Part shown: in pieces, positions 52,301-61,265 of the stretch | Layout: each line of letters starts with the position of its first letter | Position numbering within the stretch: the stretch's first letter is position 1 | NCBI RefSeq assembly: GCF_964204645.1 | Contig: NC_134025.1 | Location: forward strand, 18,699,101-18,763,100 | Length of the DNA: 64,000 nucleotides | Origin: Tubulanus polymorphus | Lineage: Eukaryota > Animalia > Nemertea | Reading direction: 5' to 3' | Notes under the pieces: generated by a model | What the model was told of the DNA's origin: nothing | What the model saw: only the letters and a program-made list of their open reading frames with translations | The model's database searches: none | Position numbers and translations under genes: made by a program

Positions 52301-55300
52301 GTCGTAGGCCTATTGAATAACAACCCACCTAAATATCGTAAATTTTGTTTTGAAGTTCAATCCAATAAGTCCGTTAATAAACGCAACAATTATACTGTGT
52401 TTGTTTAGTAAAGCTCAGTACTGGTAGGCCTAAAGCCGCGTAAAACTCGATAAACACTTCAAGCGACACAGCGAACGATCTCCTTTCCCCCACACCAAAT
52501 GCTTACTCCGAATGTCAAGTGTGAGTCCAGCATACGGAAAGGAGTGTGTTATATACTTGTATTTAGTAAATACCTTGTGCATTTGACAATGATCGGTATG
52601 TACTGTAGGAAATATAGAGTATTGATGGTATTGATATAGAGGTTGAAGCCCGCGGCCGAATAAAGTAATACATTTTTTTATTTTGATACCTCGTCGACAT
52701 AACAGCTTTTCTCCGCTATATATCTTCTGCGTGTTTAGTTTAGGCCTACGATTCCCCGGTACACTAAAGATTTATCTTAGTAAATACACGGTTAATTCGG
52801 TAAAGAAAAATAGGTATTGTTAAACTAACTCCTTGAAACCCGCAGCCAAATCACTGGTAGTAATAAATTAATTTGTACTCGATTTGATTCTCATGATGAG
52901 GAGAAACTCGCAGCTGATCCCCGGAACGTCGATGTAGTAACACACGTCGATTCGTCGATGTTTACGGCTCGACAGTGCTTCTAAAGTAGTAAATTTCCAG
53001 TGTATCGGTAATATGATTTGATGAGGAAAATGGGCTATTGTTAAAATCACTGTTTGAAGACCGCGACTGAATGTGAAGTCTGCGGCAATAAACTAGTTCA
53101 TTTATACTTGAATTGATAATTGAAGTGACAGTCGGCCTGCGGGTTGATTTCGGGACGACGACTCGAAAAACATGTCGCCCCATTGAATGGGGCTAAATTT
53201 TCGATGTTTACGGCCCGACAGCGCTTTTGTAACGATGATTAGTGAAAAAACACACGCGGGCTATTTGTAATCTCAGTGAGCTGAACGATATTATATGGAT
53301 TGTATATGAAACAGCGGTAAGGTAACAAAGCCTATGTTCTTTTGGTAAAAATAGTGTGGAAGAAAATAATAATAATAATAATCACGCGGATATCAATAGG
53401 GTTTTCTGTGAAATAACAGAAAACCCTAACTAAATTAAACATGCATAGGTAATTGCTAACAGCAACTGTAGGGCTTATTACATATCGACTTGATGCATAC
53501 TAATTAAAATAATTAGCAATCTTAACTCAAATTATGTGTCGATAACATAGTCCTTCAAGTGCTGGGGTTGTCAATTGCAAAGTTGTAGCTCATGACATCT
53601 TCCATGATTTTGGTGAGTTTTAAGGACATTAGTTATTCTATATGGTCACCAGGGGGGGTTGAATAGTAGAATAACTTAGTATTTCCTTATTAGATTGGTA
53701 TTATAGATATTTCCTTATTAGATAGGCATATTTTGTTACCATGATCAATTGCAAAGTTGTAGTTCATGATATCGTCTATGATTGTGGTGAGTTTTTAAGG
53801 ATTTTAGTTATTCCATATAGTCACCAGGGGGCGTTGAGTAGTATAATAGCTTAGTATTTCATTATTAGATTGGTACCTAGGCATATTTTGTTACCATGAT
53901 CAATTGCAAAGTTGTATTTCATGACATGTACTACGATTGTGGTGAGTTTTAAGGTCATTGGGTTTTGCATATGGTCACCAGGGGGCATTGAATAGTAGAA
54001 TAACTTAGTATTTCCATATTAAATTGGTAACGAGGCATATTTTGTTATCACAATCAATTACAAAATCATAGCTGCTGACATGTTCTATGATTGTGGTGGG
54101 TTTCAAGGTCATTGGTTTTTGTGTATGGTCACTAGTGGGCGGTATGTATTGAAATTGTTAGATTGCTGAGCATTTGAAACCACTTTCCAAGTGGGCATGG
54201 TGTCCCTGGACCCCTAGTTCTAGTTTCCCTTGATTATCACTAATCGCTTCTGCCATCGTGTTGCATCAGTGATCGAGAAAACACCCACAATACCGGACAG
54301 CGCTTCATCGAGCCGCCGCTGAAAACATTCACTGCTGACCTTCAAACCGAAGGGTAAACGCGCCCATCGGAATCGGCCAAAAGGTGTGATCATTGTGGTT
54401 AGCAGACTCGATTCCTGATCGAGACAAACATGCCAAAAAGCTTCTTACACATCTAGCTTATTGAATACCTTCGCATTCCGTAACATGGGTAGGACATCAT
54501 CTACCGCCGTCAGCTTGCAATGTTCGCGTTGGAACGCATCATTTAACAGCATCGGATCAATACATATGCGGAGGTTACCATTCGGTTTACGGACCACTGC
54601 CATCTGGCTGACCCATTGGGTCAACGAGAACCAGCACACCGCGGTCAACTAATTGCTCTAGTTCATTCTTTACATCGGCATGTAGGGCTAACGGTATGTT
54701 CCTACACGAGACCTGTCTCGGGCGAACATCAGGATCTACAGTCAGGTGGGCTATGCCAAGATCACCCAGTGGTTCGGGCTCTGTTTTCACTGCAGAAATG
54801 AAGTGATCATTATTCTCAGTTATTAAATTCATGTCTTGTATCGTTTTGAGACCAAGTAGACATATAAACTTGTTCGGCATGACGGTAAATCGAACTCGAT
54901 GTTTCTCGTTGTTACGCAGATTAGTCACTGTCAACGTAGTTTCACCCAGAGGCTTCATCTGAGTGTGGTTCCACATTATGAGATTCTTCGTTGTTTCACG
55001 AACTTGTTCCTTTCTTACGAAACGTTGGCAAATAGTGTTCACATTTGCGCCGCCATCGACTTGAAATTTGATATCGCAATCATTCACTTGCATCCATGCA
55101 TGTAAAACCGCTTTCATGTCAGCCTGCATGGCATTAAGCCAGCAGCCGTCTCCATAGTCGAGCAGTTTTTCACTCGAAATATCGACTGCATGTATTTTCG
55201 ACTTCTTACATTTTGCTTTAAAATGATTCCGACCGTTACAGTTCTGACAGGTTTTACCACACGCGAGACATCTTTCTTTTCCGGCTGCATGTTTGTAACC

Positions 55301-58300
55301 ACAGAAATCGCAGTCTGTAATTGGCTGGGTTTGATTCTTCGGTCTTCCCTTTCCTTTGGCAGCATGTGCAGCTCGTGGTTTGGAAACCATCTGGTTCATA
55401 ATGATTCTGTTTACTTTAACCCTTTTTCTGGATTGAACATGCGCATCGCAGATTTCTCTCGCATGAGATAACAATTGTTCATATGCTCGGCATGTCGACC
55501 TCTCGCAGGAGACGTTCTTGCAGTTTTACTGGAACGGAGAAAACGATCTTATCTCGAATCATGCGATCTTTCTCCTTAAAGTTGCACGAATCGGCTCGAG
55601 TTCGAAGCTCGGTGAGAAAAACATTGAATGGTTCCTGTCATGTAATTGACCAGAAATGATGAGTCATCAGCACCTCATTCTGTCTTGGGTTGCAATATTT
55701 CTCTAATGTGCTCAGGACAACATCTGGTTTTAACTCATCCCCTTCGTCTTCCCATTCAAACTGGTCATATATCTTGATGACCTGCAGTCCAGCACACTGC
55801 AAAATTATGGCAGTCTGTCTCGCAGGTGGCTTCTCTTCAGCACCGCTCGCTTGCAAATAAATTTCTAACCTTTGTTTCCACTTTCGGAAATTTTCCGCAA
55901 TGTTCCCCTCCACTACGGGCCATTTATCCCACCAGTCCTCGTCCGGTACAATGAAAGGCTGATCCTCCACATGTTCGAAGCCTAGGAAATCGAAGGCATC
56001 CTCCGTTAGCTGACGGTCCACCGCTTAATCGGGAGCGGGCGCCGCACTTGCTACTGCTGGTTTTGGATGCCTTCACCGACTGAAACCTCGGAGTGTTTCT
56101 GGGTTTCAGCGCTGCTGCTTGAAGCACCGAGGCAGAGATAGTAATACCTGCCTCGGAGATAGTCCTTTCACTAGTTATCCACAATGGCTACTGGCCAGCC
56201 ACGCGTGAGTACAATAATGAATAGACGGACCCTCTCAGATAGAATGCGTTGTTCCTCCGGTGTCAAATGTTGCGTACGGTCTGTCCATAGTAATAGTACT
56301 CGTATTTCTTCGACGTTGCGTTGTTTTAGAGTGGTCAGTTTAGCCTCAGACAACGATGGCAGTCGTTGCAGAAGCTGCTCTATGCTGATAAGATCTTTGT
56401 CGGAACGAAGCCGTCTCTCGACTTCGGTTTGAACAAGTTGTGCTAGTTGTTCTTGCGTTACCACCATCATGCGCTCGCCTGATGTAGTTGTCTCTTCGCG
56501 GTATCAGATCGAGTACTGGATCCCTGTCGAGACATATCTAGCCGTCGGTATTCCTCTCAAGGAGTCCGATTCACAGTAGGCGTGGTGGTCAACTATAGTC
56601 TCGAATAATAATCCATTATTCTCACTGAGTACAAACTTGTTCAACTGACAAAGTTATAAGGATACAACCACATTTTATACCATACAATAAGCGTTTTGAT
56701 TGGCTAATAAATCCAGCCAATGGGCGTGCTCCAGGTTACGGCAAACTAGCAATTGAACTAACTTCATCAACAATATTAAGTAATAAATTAACCATAGCTA
56801 ATCATTAATTCAACTCTAAAATCCATGTCACACTGTTGCTATGATATTCTATCTCATAAATCTTCATAGACTCCCTGATATGATACTGACTGAAATTTTT
56901 TGGTTGAAGTAGACCAAGACTTTACACCAGCCTGTCTTAGTCGGCCATTTTGAACTATTTCTCTAAGTATTATCAGAGCTATATGTTATCCCCTTTATAT
57001 ATAGATGTTAGATGCAGGGTGATTAACTTTTCGGTAAAAACAGTATCTGGAAAGCAAACCAAACTTAATTCAATACTTTATAAAGTATCTTTCAATTTAT
57101 TTTTGAGGGATAAATTTTAGAGCCTTTGGCTATCATACATTAAGAAAACTTTTGATGATATTAGTTTTTCCTGCATTTGGATGCAGCAATTTTGGACAAA
57201 CAGTAAATCTTTTTCAAAAGGAATGAAACAGATATTCCATAACCAGCACCTTCCAGGAACCATATCTGCCATAAATACTATGCCATATACACTAATTTTA
57301 GGCAATACAAAAATGATTTTAGGCTAGAGAAATATATAATAGAACTTGATGATGACTCAGTAACTAGTTTATTTGAATTTAGGGTCAGGTCCTATATTTT
57401 ACCTGTGAACAAATTCTCAAACCTTCATTTAGATAGCGCTGATAGAATATGCCCCGTTTATAATACTTTAGGTGATGAATCCCATTATCTGTTTGACTGT
57501 ACCTTACTTGATAAACCCTGCAAAAATTGTTAGAGTTTGAATACCGTTAAAACCCTTGATATTTTGAAAAGCCCAACAGTCCAATTGGCTAAATACATTA
57601 AAACTGGCTAAGATGTATATAAATCTCTCCATTAGTATACATGTATATCGTAAATAGTTAATATATATACATTCAGTTGTTATTACTTATATGTTGTTTT
57701 GTAATTATTTGTATATATGTGTAATATTTCAGTTTAACACAGAATCTCTTCACTTTCACTATGAATACAGTCAACCTCGGATGTAACGTCGTTGGATTTA
57801 CCGTAGATCCACTTATATCGTATTATATCCCAGGTCCCAATTTTTTCCTTCTATTAGCAAGGCCTTAAAAAACCTTGAATATACCGTATTTCTTATAACG
57901 TAGATCACTTATATCGTATAAATTATTTGGTCCCAATTAGTCAAATCAACTTAATTATCCTCGGATATAACGTATCGCAAAAATTAAAAAATGAGAAAAA
58001 ATATGACTGATAAAAATGAAAGTGTTAATACAGTGCAATAGCCCTACTACTGTATATGCGCACACGTGCCATGTCTGAGTTATCGATAGTTTCCATGACA
58101 GCACTAACATACATGTAGAGGCATATCAAAGCCCTACACAATACGCTGTAGTCAGTAACACGTGTTTTAAAGCAGCACGATGCCTTCTGAAGGTGAAGAA
58201 AGGTGATTAGTTATCAAGAGAAGTATGATATTACTTAAGGAGGCAAATAATAATTACCGGTATTTCTTCTCCGATTATTCAACACATTGAAGTCTTTTTA

Positions 58301-59836
58301 TGCACACCATAGACATGAATGGTTTTAAATGATATTTGGTCCCGACTGCTACGTTACATCCGAGGTAGACTGTAGTAACGGAGTTTTCCCAAAGGGATAC
58401 CGGTGTTGAACAAGGCATCGGACCAATCGATGCACTGAGTTGGCTTCTAATCCCGATATTTGCACGCAATTTTAATTGACATGACATGTATTCTATGATA
58501 CCGTTCACTGGCTGCCAGTTACCACCTGCAGCAGCAGTCAGAATCTAGTCAGAAAAAGAGATCGGCAAATGTGCTACGACCAAACATGAACCGGTACCTT
58601 AAAAATTATTTTTATTGAAACTGCTGTCTACTGCTGTCTGCTGTTTTAGACACAAGGAATCAACACAGAGAAGCAACTATGTAACAGCTTTCTCTTCACA
58701 AATAACTAAAGTTAAAAGAAAGAAACCATTTTTAGTATCATTGAACCCTTAATAAACTTTTCTAGATACTCCGCACTCGCATAAATCACTATTTAGATGT
58801 ACGACACGCATGAAATATACAAAGCCAGAATATGCATCATGTCTATTTATTTTCGTCTGACATCAATCATTTTGGGATATTTCTCTTGATCGTTTGAACA
58901 CATACCTCAGTTTGGTCTTAATATGACCAGTTAAACACTGCAGTCTAAATAAACCATTGATATATCCATTTTACGATGCAGCAATAATTGAATTGATTAA
59001 TGGCTTTTAGTGGTAACATAAATGCAGAACTTGTATATACAGTCTCACCCGACTCACTGCCTTGGGTACAGGCCCAATACGCAAGTCACTAGTCAGCAGT
59101 CAATGTTGATAGATTAATTGCCCACGTAGGTTCTCCATTTTCTTGTTGAGAAGAATTGTTAATTTGTTGAGTGACGATAGTAATAAATTATCATATAGGC
59201 CTACCGGGTACCAGTAATGAAAACGTGTTCGGTGCCTTGTCCAAGAGGATCCCTATGGAGAAAACCCAGTTACTACTGAAAATGAAGAAATTCCATGTTT
59301 TTGGAAAATACTGCGGTTCCGTTATTCCGTGATATGACAACACCGTCCATACTCTATGTGTCTTACCTGATTTTCAGGCTCCATATACCTGTATGACTGT
59401 CCACTCTTATTTTTTGTCTGCTGCTCACTGTAATTATACTGTATTCATAATCCCCTTTATTAATTTGATTTTAAGTGTGATTTAGATGATTGCGAAATTG
59501 ATGAAAAGTCTATAGCTGCATTTGTCCAGCAGAACAATCTATTAGGATGGTTTGCTACATCCGCTAAGCTAGACCACAATATTGGTAGGTTTTGAATTTT
59601 AAGATGTCTGGTGTAGTAATGTTCATTTCCATCAAGTGTAGAATTCAAAATGCCTGTTATTATTTTCAGATGAATGCATGCGCTTCATTGTTCAACGCAT
59701 TATAGAATTACCATCGGAAGGAGTTAAACCAGTTGAGCACATCAAATTGATGGATAGCACTGAATATTTAAACTGTGATTTAAATGATGAAGAGCCACCA
59801 GTTACAAAAAGAAAACATGTGTGCTGTGATCTGTAA
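5172..59836 (+). CDS. RAB32: Rab32/Rab38-subfamily small GTPase, full gene span (9 coding exons, 708 nt, 235 aa)
   Basis: Exons 5172-5280, 17450-17482, 19047-19143, 30565-30621, 37093-37125, 37227-37254, 37589-37663, 59476-59584 and 59670-59836 join in phase with GT-AG introns. Motifs: G1 GEFGVGKT, switch I YKLTIGVDFALK, G3 WDIAGHERFG, G4 NKCD, G5 TSAK, C-terminal CCDL*. FALK and WDIAG are Rab32/38/29 signatures. The exact paralog (Rab32/38 vs the invertebrate Rab32LO/Rab32B-like clade) needs phylogeny. Confidence 0.9.
5461..11735. repeat. Three direct copies of an unclassified ~1.4-1.5 kb repeat (5461-6845, 6846-~9350 with insertions, 10261-~11735)
   Basis: Each copy starts G(T/A)ATAGATGAAATCTAAGTGAC(A/G)GACGCC. 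They share colinear blocks such as GGGGCGGA(C/G)ACTAA and GAATTTCAGCTATTTTCAACT. No coding capacity seen. Confidence 0.85.
7005..7760. mobile_element. Non-autonomous DNA transposon with TAGTCT termini inserted in repeat copy 2
   Basis: TIRs TAGTCTGAATACCAGTCGTTGTT / AACAACGGCTAGGTACTAGACTA. Flanks CGCGTAATG / CACGTAATG (9 bp, 1 mismatch). A partial inverted copy lies at about 12110-12410. Confidence 0.7.
11790..12003. repeat. Fold-back inverted repeat (~80-bp arms, ~50-bp loop)
   Basis: GAGTCTGTTTTAATCCAGTTGAATAAG...TACCATGCC pairs with GGCATGGTG...TATTCAACTGGATTAAAACAAACTC. Confidence 0.85.
12800..13600 (-). mobile_element. Decayed Penelope-like retroelement reverse transcriptase fragment
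   Basis: Minus-strand peptides SYVNDTNHLLDIL, AMDIDSL/YTNIPHEEGI, RFIDDIYMVWEHG and YFKPTDSHQLLHRSSFHLKHTFSNIVKSQILRFWRICS are typical PLE RT and thumb motifs. Several frameshifts. Confidence 0.85.
14700..14860. repeat. Interspersed repeat segment shared in inverted orientation with ~44490-44610
   Basis: GCAAGAGCTAAGAATTTTCC...AAAAACAG vs CTGTTTTTGGCAGGAAAATTCTTAGCTCTTGC, and CCCAAAAACAGCCAATCACAT vs ATGTGATTGGCTGTTTTTGGG. Confidence 0.65.
16600..16800 (+). mobile_element. Short L2/CR1-like LINE 3' fragment
   Basis: Translates to IIFECLNNATPMYLQELLTLYKSARTL, resembling the 'xxP.YL..LL..Y.P.R.LRS' C-terminus of L2/CR1 ORF2. Confidence 0.5.
17241..17405 (+). mobile_element. 165-bp Penelope-type solo pseudo-LTR insertion
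   Basis: Flanked by 12-bp direct repeat ATAGAAGGTTCT (17229-17240, 17406-17417). Contains a hammerhead motif followed by AATAAA and an AT-rich tail. Confidence 0.6.
17283..17324 (+). ncRNA. Minimal type-I hammerhead ribozyme
   Basis: ACAC-CTGACGA-T-GATCTC-tagggt-GAGATC-GAAA-CGTT-GTGT. Conserved CUGANGA and GAAA boxes, perfect 6-bp stem II, 4-bp stem I, palindromic ACGU in place of stem III, and a GUU cleavage triplet (cut after 17320). Confidence 0.7.
17450..17482 (+). CDS. RAB32: Rab32-like exon 2 (GKTSIIKRYTE)
   Basis: ttttttcag acceptor, gtaaac donor. Completes the P-loop GKT. Confidence 0.92.
19047..19143 (+). CDS. RAB32: Rab32-like exon 3 (GFFSPNYKLTIGVDFALKTLQWDEHTKVNLQLW)
   Basis: ttttag acceptor, gtaaat donor. 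Carries the RabF1 IGVDF and FALK motifs. Confidence 0.95.
19430..20540 (-). mobile_element. DINE-1/Helentron-like non-autonomous element, copy A (~1.1 kb)
   Basis: Near-identical to 52290-53430 (same orientation) and 37728-38880 (inverted). Head has a palindromic AGGGTTTTCT...AGAAAACCCT hairpin followed by ATT repeats. Confidence 0.75.
20541..22465 (-). mobile_element. DINE-1/Helentron-like element with stacked 5' heads and internal ~440-bp duplication
   Basis: On the minus strand the 3' end reads AGAAACCCT-ttatc-GCTGC-ttt-GCAGC-TATATT (subTIR plus hairpin). Three AGGGTTT..AAACCCT hairpin heads and (AAT)n at 22280-22465. Blocks 20812-21045 and 21257-21475 are duplicates. Confidence 0.7.
22480..27890 (-). 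mobile_element. Decayed Gypsy/Ty3 LTR retrotransposon(s) with two tandem partial pol regions
   Basis: Gag tail (27577-27846), protease LLDAGVS (26568-26969), RT WASPIVLARKADGNLRLCCDYRKLN / FSTLDLTSGYW / YLDDI / FLGHVVS (25418-26300), RNase H start. Then a second protease LDTGAG (~25160), second RT (24200-24747) and integrase zinc-binding and core remnants (23400-23947). Polypurine tract (22759-22772) followed by TGTAACA LTR start at 22758 on the minus strand. Confidence 0.92.
30565..30621 (+). CDS. RAB32: Rab32-like exon 4 (WDIAGHERFGHMTRVYYKYA)
   Basis: tttcttcag acceptor, gtaagt donor. Encodes G3/switch II. Confidence 0.95.
30825..35283 (-). mobile_element. DINE-1/Helentron-like element enclosing a hAT-type transposase gene
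   Basis: Minus-strand 5' end TTTTT-AGCCCACTTGGGAC-ttaaa-TCCCAGCGGGCT followed by GTCT microsatellite. Minus-strand 3' end CAAGTGGGC-ATGGTGTCCCTG, the same as at 54188-54209. Related GGCCATCTTGA core motifs at 31219 and 35082. Confidence 0.55.
31690..34333 (+). pseudogene. hAT-superfamily DDE transposase pseudogene with an intron (31911-32120) and several frameshifts
   Basis: Exon 1 WKWNWLE...ALCIWCNSEI...DHVKAKTH (BED-like zinc finger). Exon 2 FSLNIDEATS (D1), LVDSCNVMRG (D2), GDSAHHVHN, TRWLS, WWSLVAKAYPNLSKM and PLVESSFS (E, dimerization domain). Confidence 0.88.
37093..37125 (+). CDS. RAB32: Rab32-like exon 5 (IGAIIVFDLS)
   Basis: tttcag acceptor, gtgaga donor, phase-compatible with neighbours. 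Confidence 0.92.
37227..37254 (+). CDS. RAB32: Rab32-like exon 6 (RPATFDSVIK)
   Basis: Poly-T ag acceptor, gtatat donor. This 28-nt exon is needed to keep the frame. Confidence 0.9.
37589..37663 (+). CDS. RAB32: Rab32-like exon 7 (WLNDVNSKVMLANGDPVPIILLANK)
   Basis: ttttttag acceptor, gtaaga donor. Rab32-like 'D..SKV.L.NG.P.P..LLANK'. Confidence 0.95.
37728..39005 (+). mobile_element. DINE-1/Helentron-like element, copy B (inverted relative to copies A and C)
   Basis: Reverse complement of 52230-53430 and 19430-20540. Head AGGGTTTTCTGTTATTTCACAGAAAACCCT. Local duplication of 38656-38725 at 38935-39005. Confidence 0.8.
39108..39650. repeat. Minisatellite, ~18 copies of a ~30-bp unit TTTTGGTTTTATCGCCCGCGACAATTCATTA
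   Basis: Direct tandem units with scattered substitutions. The overlapping repetitive ORFs are by-products. Confidence 0.95.
39651..39813. repeat. Perfect 59-bp inverted repeat with 45-bp spacer (young MITE or hairpin)
   Basis: 39651-39709 is the reverse complement of 39755-39813, with no mismatch seen. Confidence 0.92.
41400..43960 (-). mobile_element. Fragmented LINE ORF2 AP-endonuclease region (CR1/L2-like), interrupted by insertions
   Basis: LNVIHLNVHSIPSK..IDVLLLCE (43740-43880), PTRVTHETATLID and ISDHFP (41790-41910), EPWMTKGILKAS (41418-41702). Confidence 0.75.
43320..43607. mobile_element. piggyBac-type MITE (second copy of 2248-2507 family)
   Basis: CCCTTGCAGTGC ... GCACTGAAAGGG ends. 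Internal sequence is the reverse complement of 2260-2440. Confidence 0.75.
45288..48302 (-). mobile_element. Full-length piggyBac transposon (~3.0 kb)
   Basis: TTAA on both sides (45284-45287, 48303-48306). Imperfect TIRs CCATTACTGAGCGGAA vs CCCTTAGTGCGCTGAA. Encloses a transposase gene. Confidence 0.85.
46108..48096 (-). CDS. piggyBac (PGBD4-like) transposase; exons 48096-47761 and 47535-46108; C-terminal cysteine-rich domain frameshifted
   Basis: Acidic N-terminus, phase-0 GT-AG intron (AAG|gtgagc ... tttccag|TTA), DDD triad VDETM / FADRYF / GGVDTND, and YCPKKPIKWGLK. CKVC...CGTC...HPEC is present only in a shifted frame from about 46225. Confidence 0.88.
50810..51120 (+). mobile_element. 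Degenerate CR1-like RT fragment
   Basis: DFDKVFNKVQHQPLL and RVKQGSILSRLLFNVLTNDI resemble RT motifs DFSKAFDKV and GVPQGSVLGP.LF...ND. Stops and frameshifts present. Confidence 0.65.
51676..52003. mobile_element. GC-rich MITE (Harbinger-like) with GTCGC/GCGAC subrepeats
   Basis: TIR GCCGGACGTAGGTCAGCCTTGTGACG vs CGTCGCAAGGCCGACCTACGCCCTGC, with TAA flanks. Confidence 0.65.
53570..54220 (+). repeat. ~155-175 bp tandem array (about 4 units) ending in a Helentron-like 3' terminus
   Basis: Units begin CAATTGCAAAGTTGTA at about 53572, 53746 and 53901, with a more diverged fourth unit near 54055. Ends CAAGTGGGC-ATGGTGTCCCTGGACCCCTAGTT. Inverted homolog at 30825-31010. Confidence 0.8.
55925..56732 (-). 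mobile_element. Foreign segment with CCAAT/TATA-like motifs and a DIRS-like gag-type ORF replacing most of the Gypsy 5' LTR
   Basis: ORF 56470-56171 (…RILSERVRLFIIVLTRGWPVA…) continues past one stop toward RTCGGSAFH. It has no similarity to the 3' LTR. The DIRS assignment rests on loose motif resemblance. Confidence 0.4.
57290..57722 (+). mobile_element. 3' fragment of the same LINE family as 3530-4995
   Basis: RQYKNDFRLEKYIIEL...LFEFRVRSYILPVNKFSNLHLDSADRICP. Reverse complement of about 3525-4015. Confidence 0.9.
57768..58372. mobile_element. Tc1/mariner-pogo type MITE
   Basis: TA|CAGTCAACCTCGGATGTAACG ... CGTTACATCCGAGGTAGACTG|TA. Confidence 0.85.
59476..59584 (+). CDS. RAB32: Rab32-like exon 8 (CDLDDCEIDEKSIAAFVQQNNLLGWFATSAKLDHNI)
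   Basis: ttttaag acceptor, gtaggt donor. Completes NKCD and carries GWFATSAK (G5). Confidence 0.92.
59670..59836 (+). CDS. RAB32: Rab32-like exon 9 (DECMRFIVQRIIE...KRKHVCCDL*)
   Basis: ttttcag acceptor, helix 5, hypervariable tail and CCxx geranylgeranylation motif before TAA. Confidence 0.92.
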
Positions 59837-61265
59837 TATCAACAGCTAAACAATTAGTTGTTATTTTTACCTGGGGCCCATTTTACTTGGGACTTCACTT
59901 GACCGAGTTCTGAATTCGTATTTTAAACATATCTTTAAAATCATTTAATTCATTGAATGAATGTAAACCCAAAACTGGCTTTCAATATCTTCAGTTGACC
60001 AAGGGGGCTACTCAGTCTATTGCCTAGTACCTCAGATAACTTACTACATCGTATACTAACGTGGAATGATTCTAAGAGTAGGGTTATGATTACCATTATG
60101 TTTTCATAAGGAATAGATATATGGTCAACTACATGTTTATATCAGACCACATTATTTACATGATATACCAGTTACAGCTTACATATATACTCATAGACAT
60201 ATAAACTAGTATATATGTTCATGATATATGGTAGGTAGGGAATTTGGGTATTCTTCTAACAGTGGGTAGGTCGCCATAAATAATTTCTATGGGTCCAAAT
60301 TTCCAGTTAAAAATATATGCAGCTAGAAGCCACAACAACAAAAGAAAGAACTTAAGGGAAAAAAAAGAAGCCACAATAACAAAAGGAAGAACTTTAGGGA
60401 AAAAAATTGATACCTTGTTTCTCCGCTCTGCTGAGCTGAAAAGTTGACCCCACCAACCGTCTATCTACCCTGTACATTATTTTTTTTAAATATTGATCAA
60501 TTTTACCATAACAGACCCAGCAGTTATAAAAATGAACTGAGTACAAATTTTATTTTGTTTTACAAAAATGACCAAGCCGCTGTGGAGAAACAAGGTATCA
60601 TTTTTGTTTTGCGTTATATAGTATATTTATGAATACATGGACCATAAATAATATCCGGATGAGATGAAAGTCTTGGTTAAGCCATGGACTCTAATACAAT
60701 TGGTTTATGAGTCCATAGCTAAACTGATCCAGATTAATTAAGCGGGTTTGACGATGAACGTTATGTGTATTGCATGTTTTATACAATTTATTGGTCGCCT
60801 ACATGCATTCGTTTGCTCAATACACAAGCCTTACATTGTTTTCTGTCAGTTTAGCACCCTCTACTTTTCCAAAAAGCTGTATTCACTCATGACAGATTTA
60901 ATCGATACAATATTAAAATATCTCTAGGGATTTCCTTTATAAGCATTGAAACATCCAATTTTCTCTAACTCATAGTTTTTTCAATTAAGTTTGCAGAATT
61001 GAGCAAGGTGTTCACTTGAAACAGGGAGTGATTAATAGACTTCATATATTGGTATACACTGCATGTTCAATCTAGTACTTTTTATTACATAATTTGTTGT
61101 ATTAAAAATCATTAAATCAAATGAATCAGACTATGATTAAGCAAATTAGGGTACTGAAATTTTTCAATAAAACTGTACAACCCTAGGAACTCTTAGTTTG
61201 AGTGCAATTTGTGATCCAATTATCTCCTTGAAGAGAAAGTTCATTATAGTAGAGTTAAAGTGTAT

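Larger units (their letters stand above)
50698..53430 (-). mobile_element. DINE-1/Helentron-like element, copy C, inserted in the Gypsy element
   Basis: Head hairpin at 53398-53428. The 3' subTIR plus GCTGC-ttt-GCAGC hairpin at 50698-50735 matches the one at 20541-20575. Confidence 0.7.
50378..56772 (-). mobile_element. Gypsy-type LTR retrotransposon remnant with nested insertions
   Basis: 5-bp TSD ATATT (50373-50377, 56773-56777). 3' LTR 50378-50571 (TGTTGA...TCAACA) is preceded by polypurine tract AGGAAAGGGGGA. The first ~40 bp of the same LTR lies at 56733-56772. Gag (EGNIAENFRKWKQRLEIYL), zinc knuckle CQNCNGRNHFKAKC, protease FQVDGGANVN and RT (WVSQMAVVRKPNGNLRICID, PFG) at 54240-55920. 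Confidence 0.9.

Noticed and set aside
37728-53430. Giant composite transposon bounded by 1.2-kb inverted repeats
   Set aside because: No TSD outside the repeats, a third copy exists at 19430, and copy C has its own 3' end at 50698 inside a Gypsy element. These are independent insertions.
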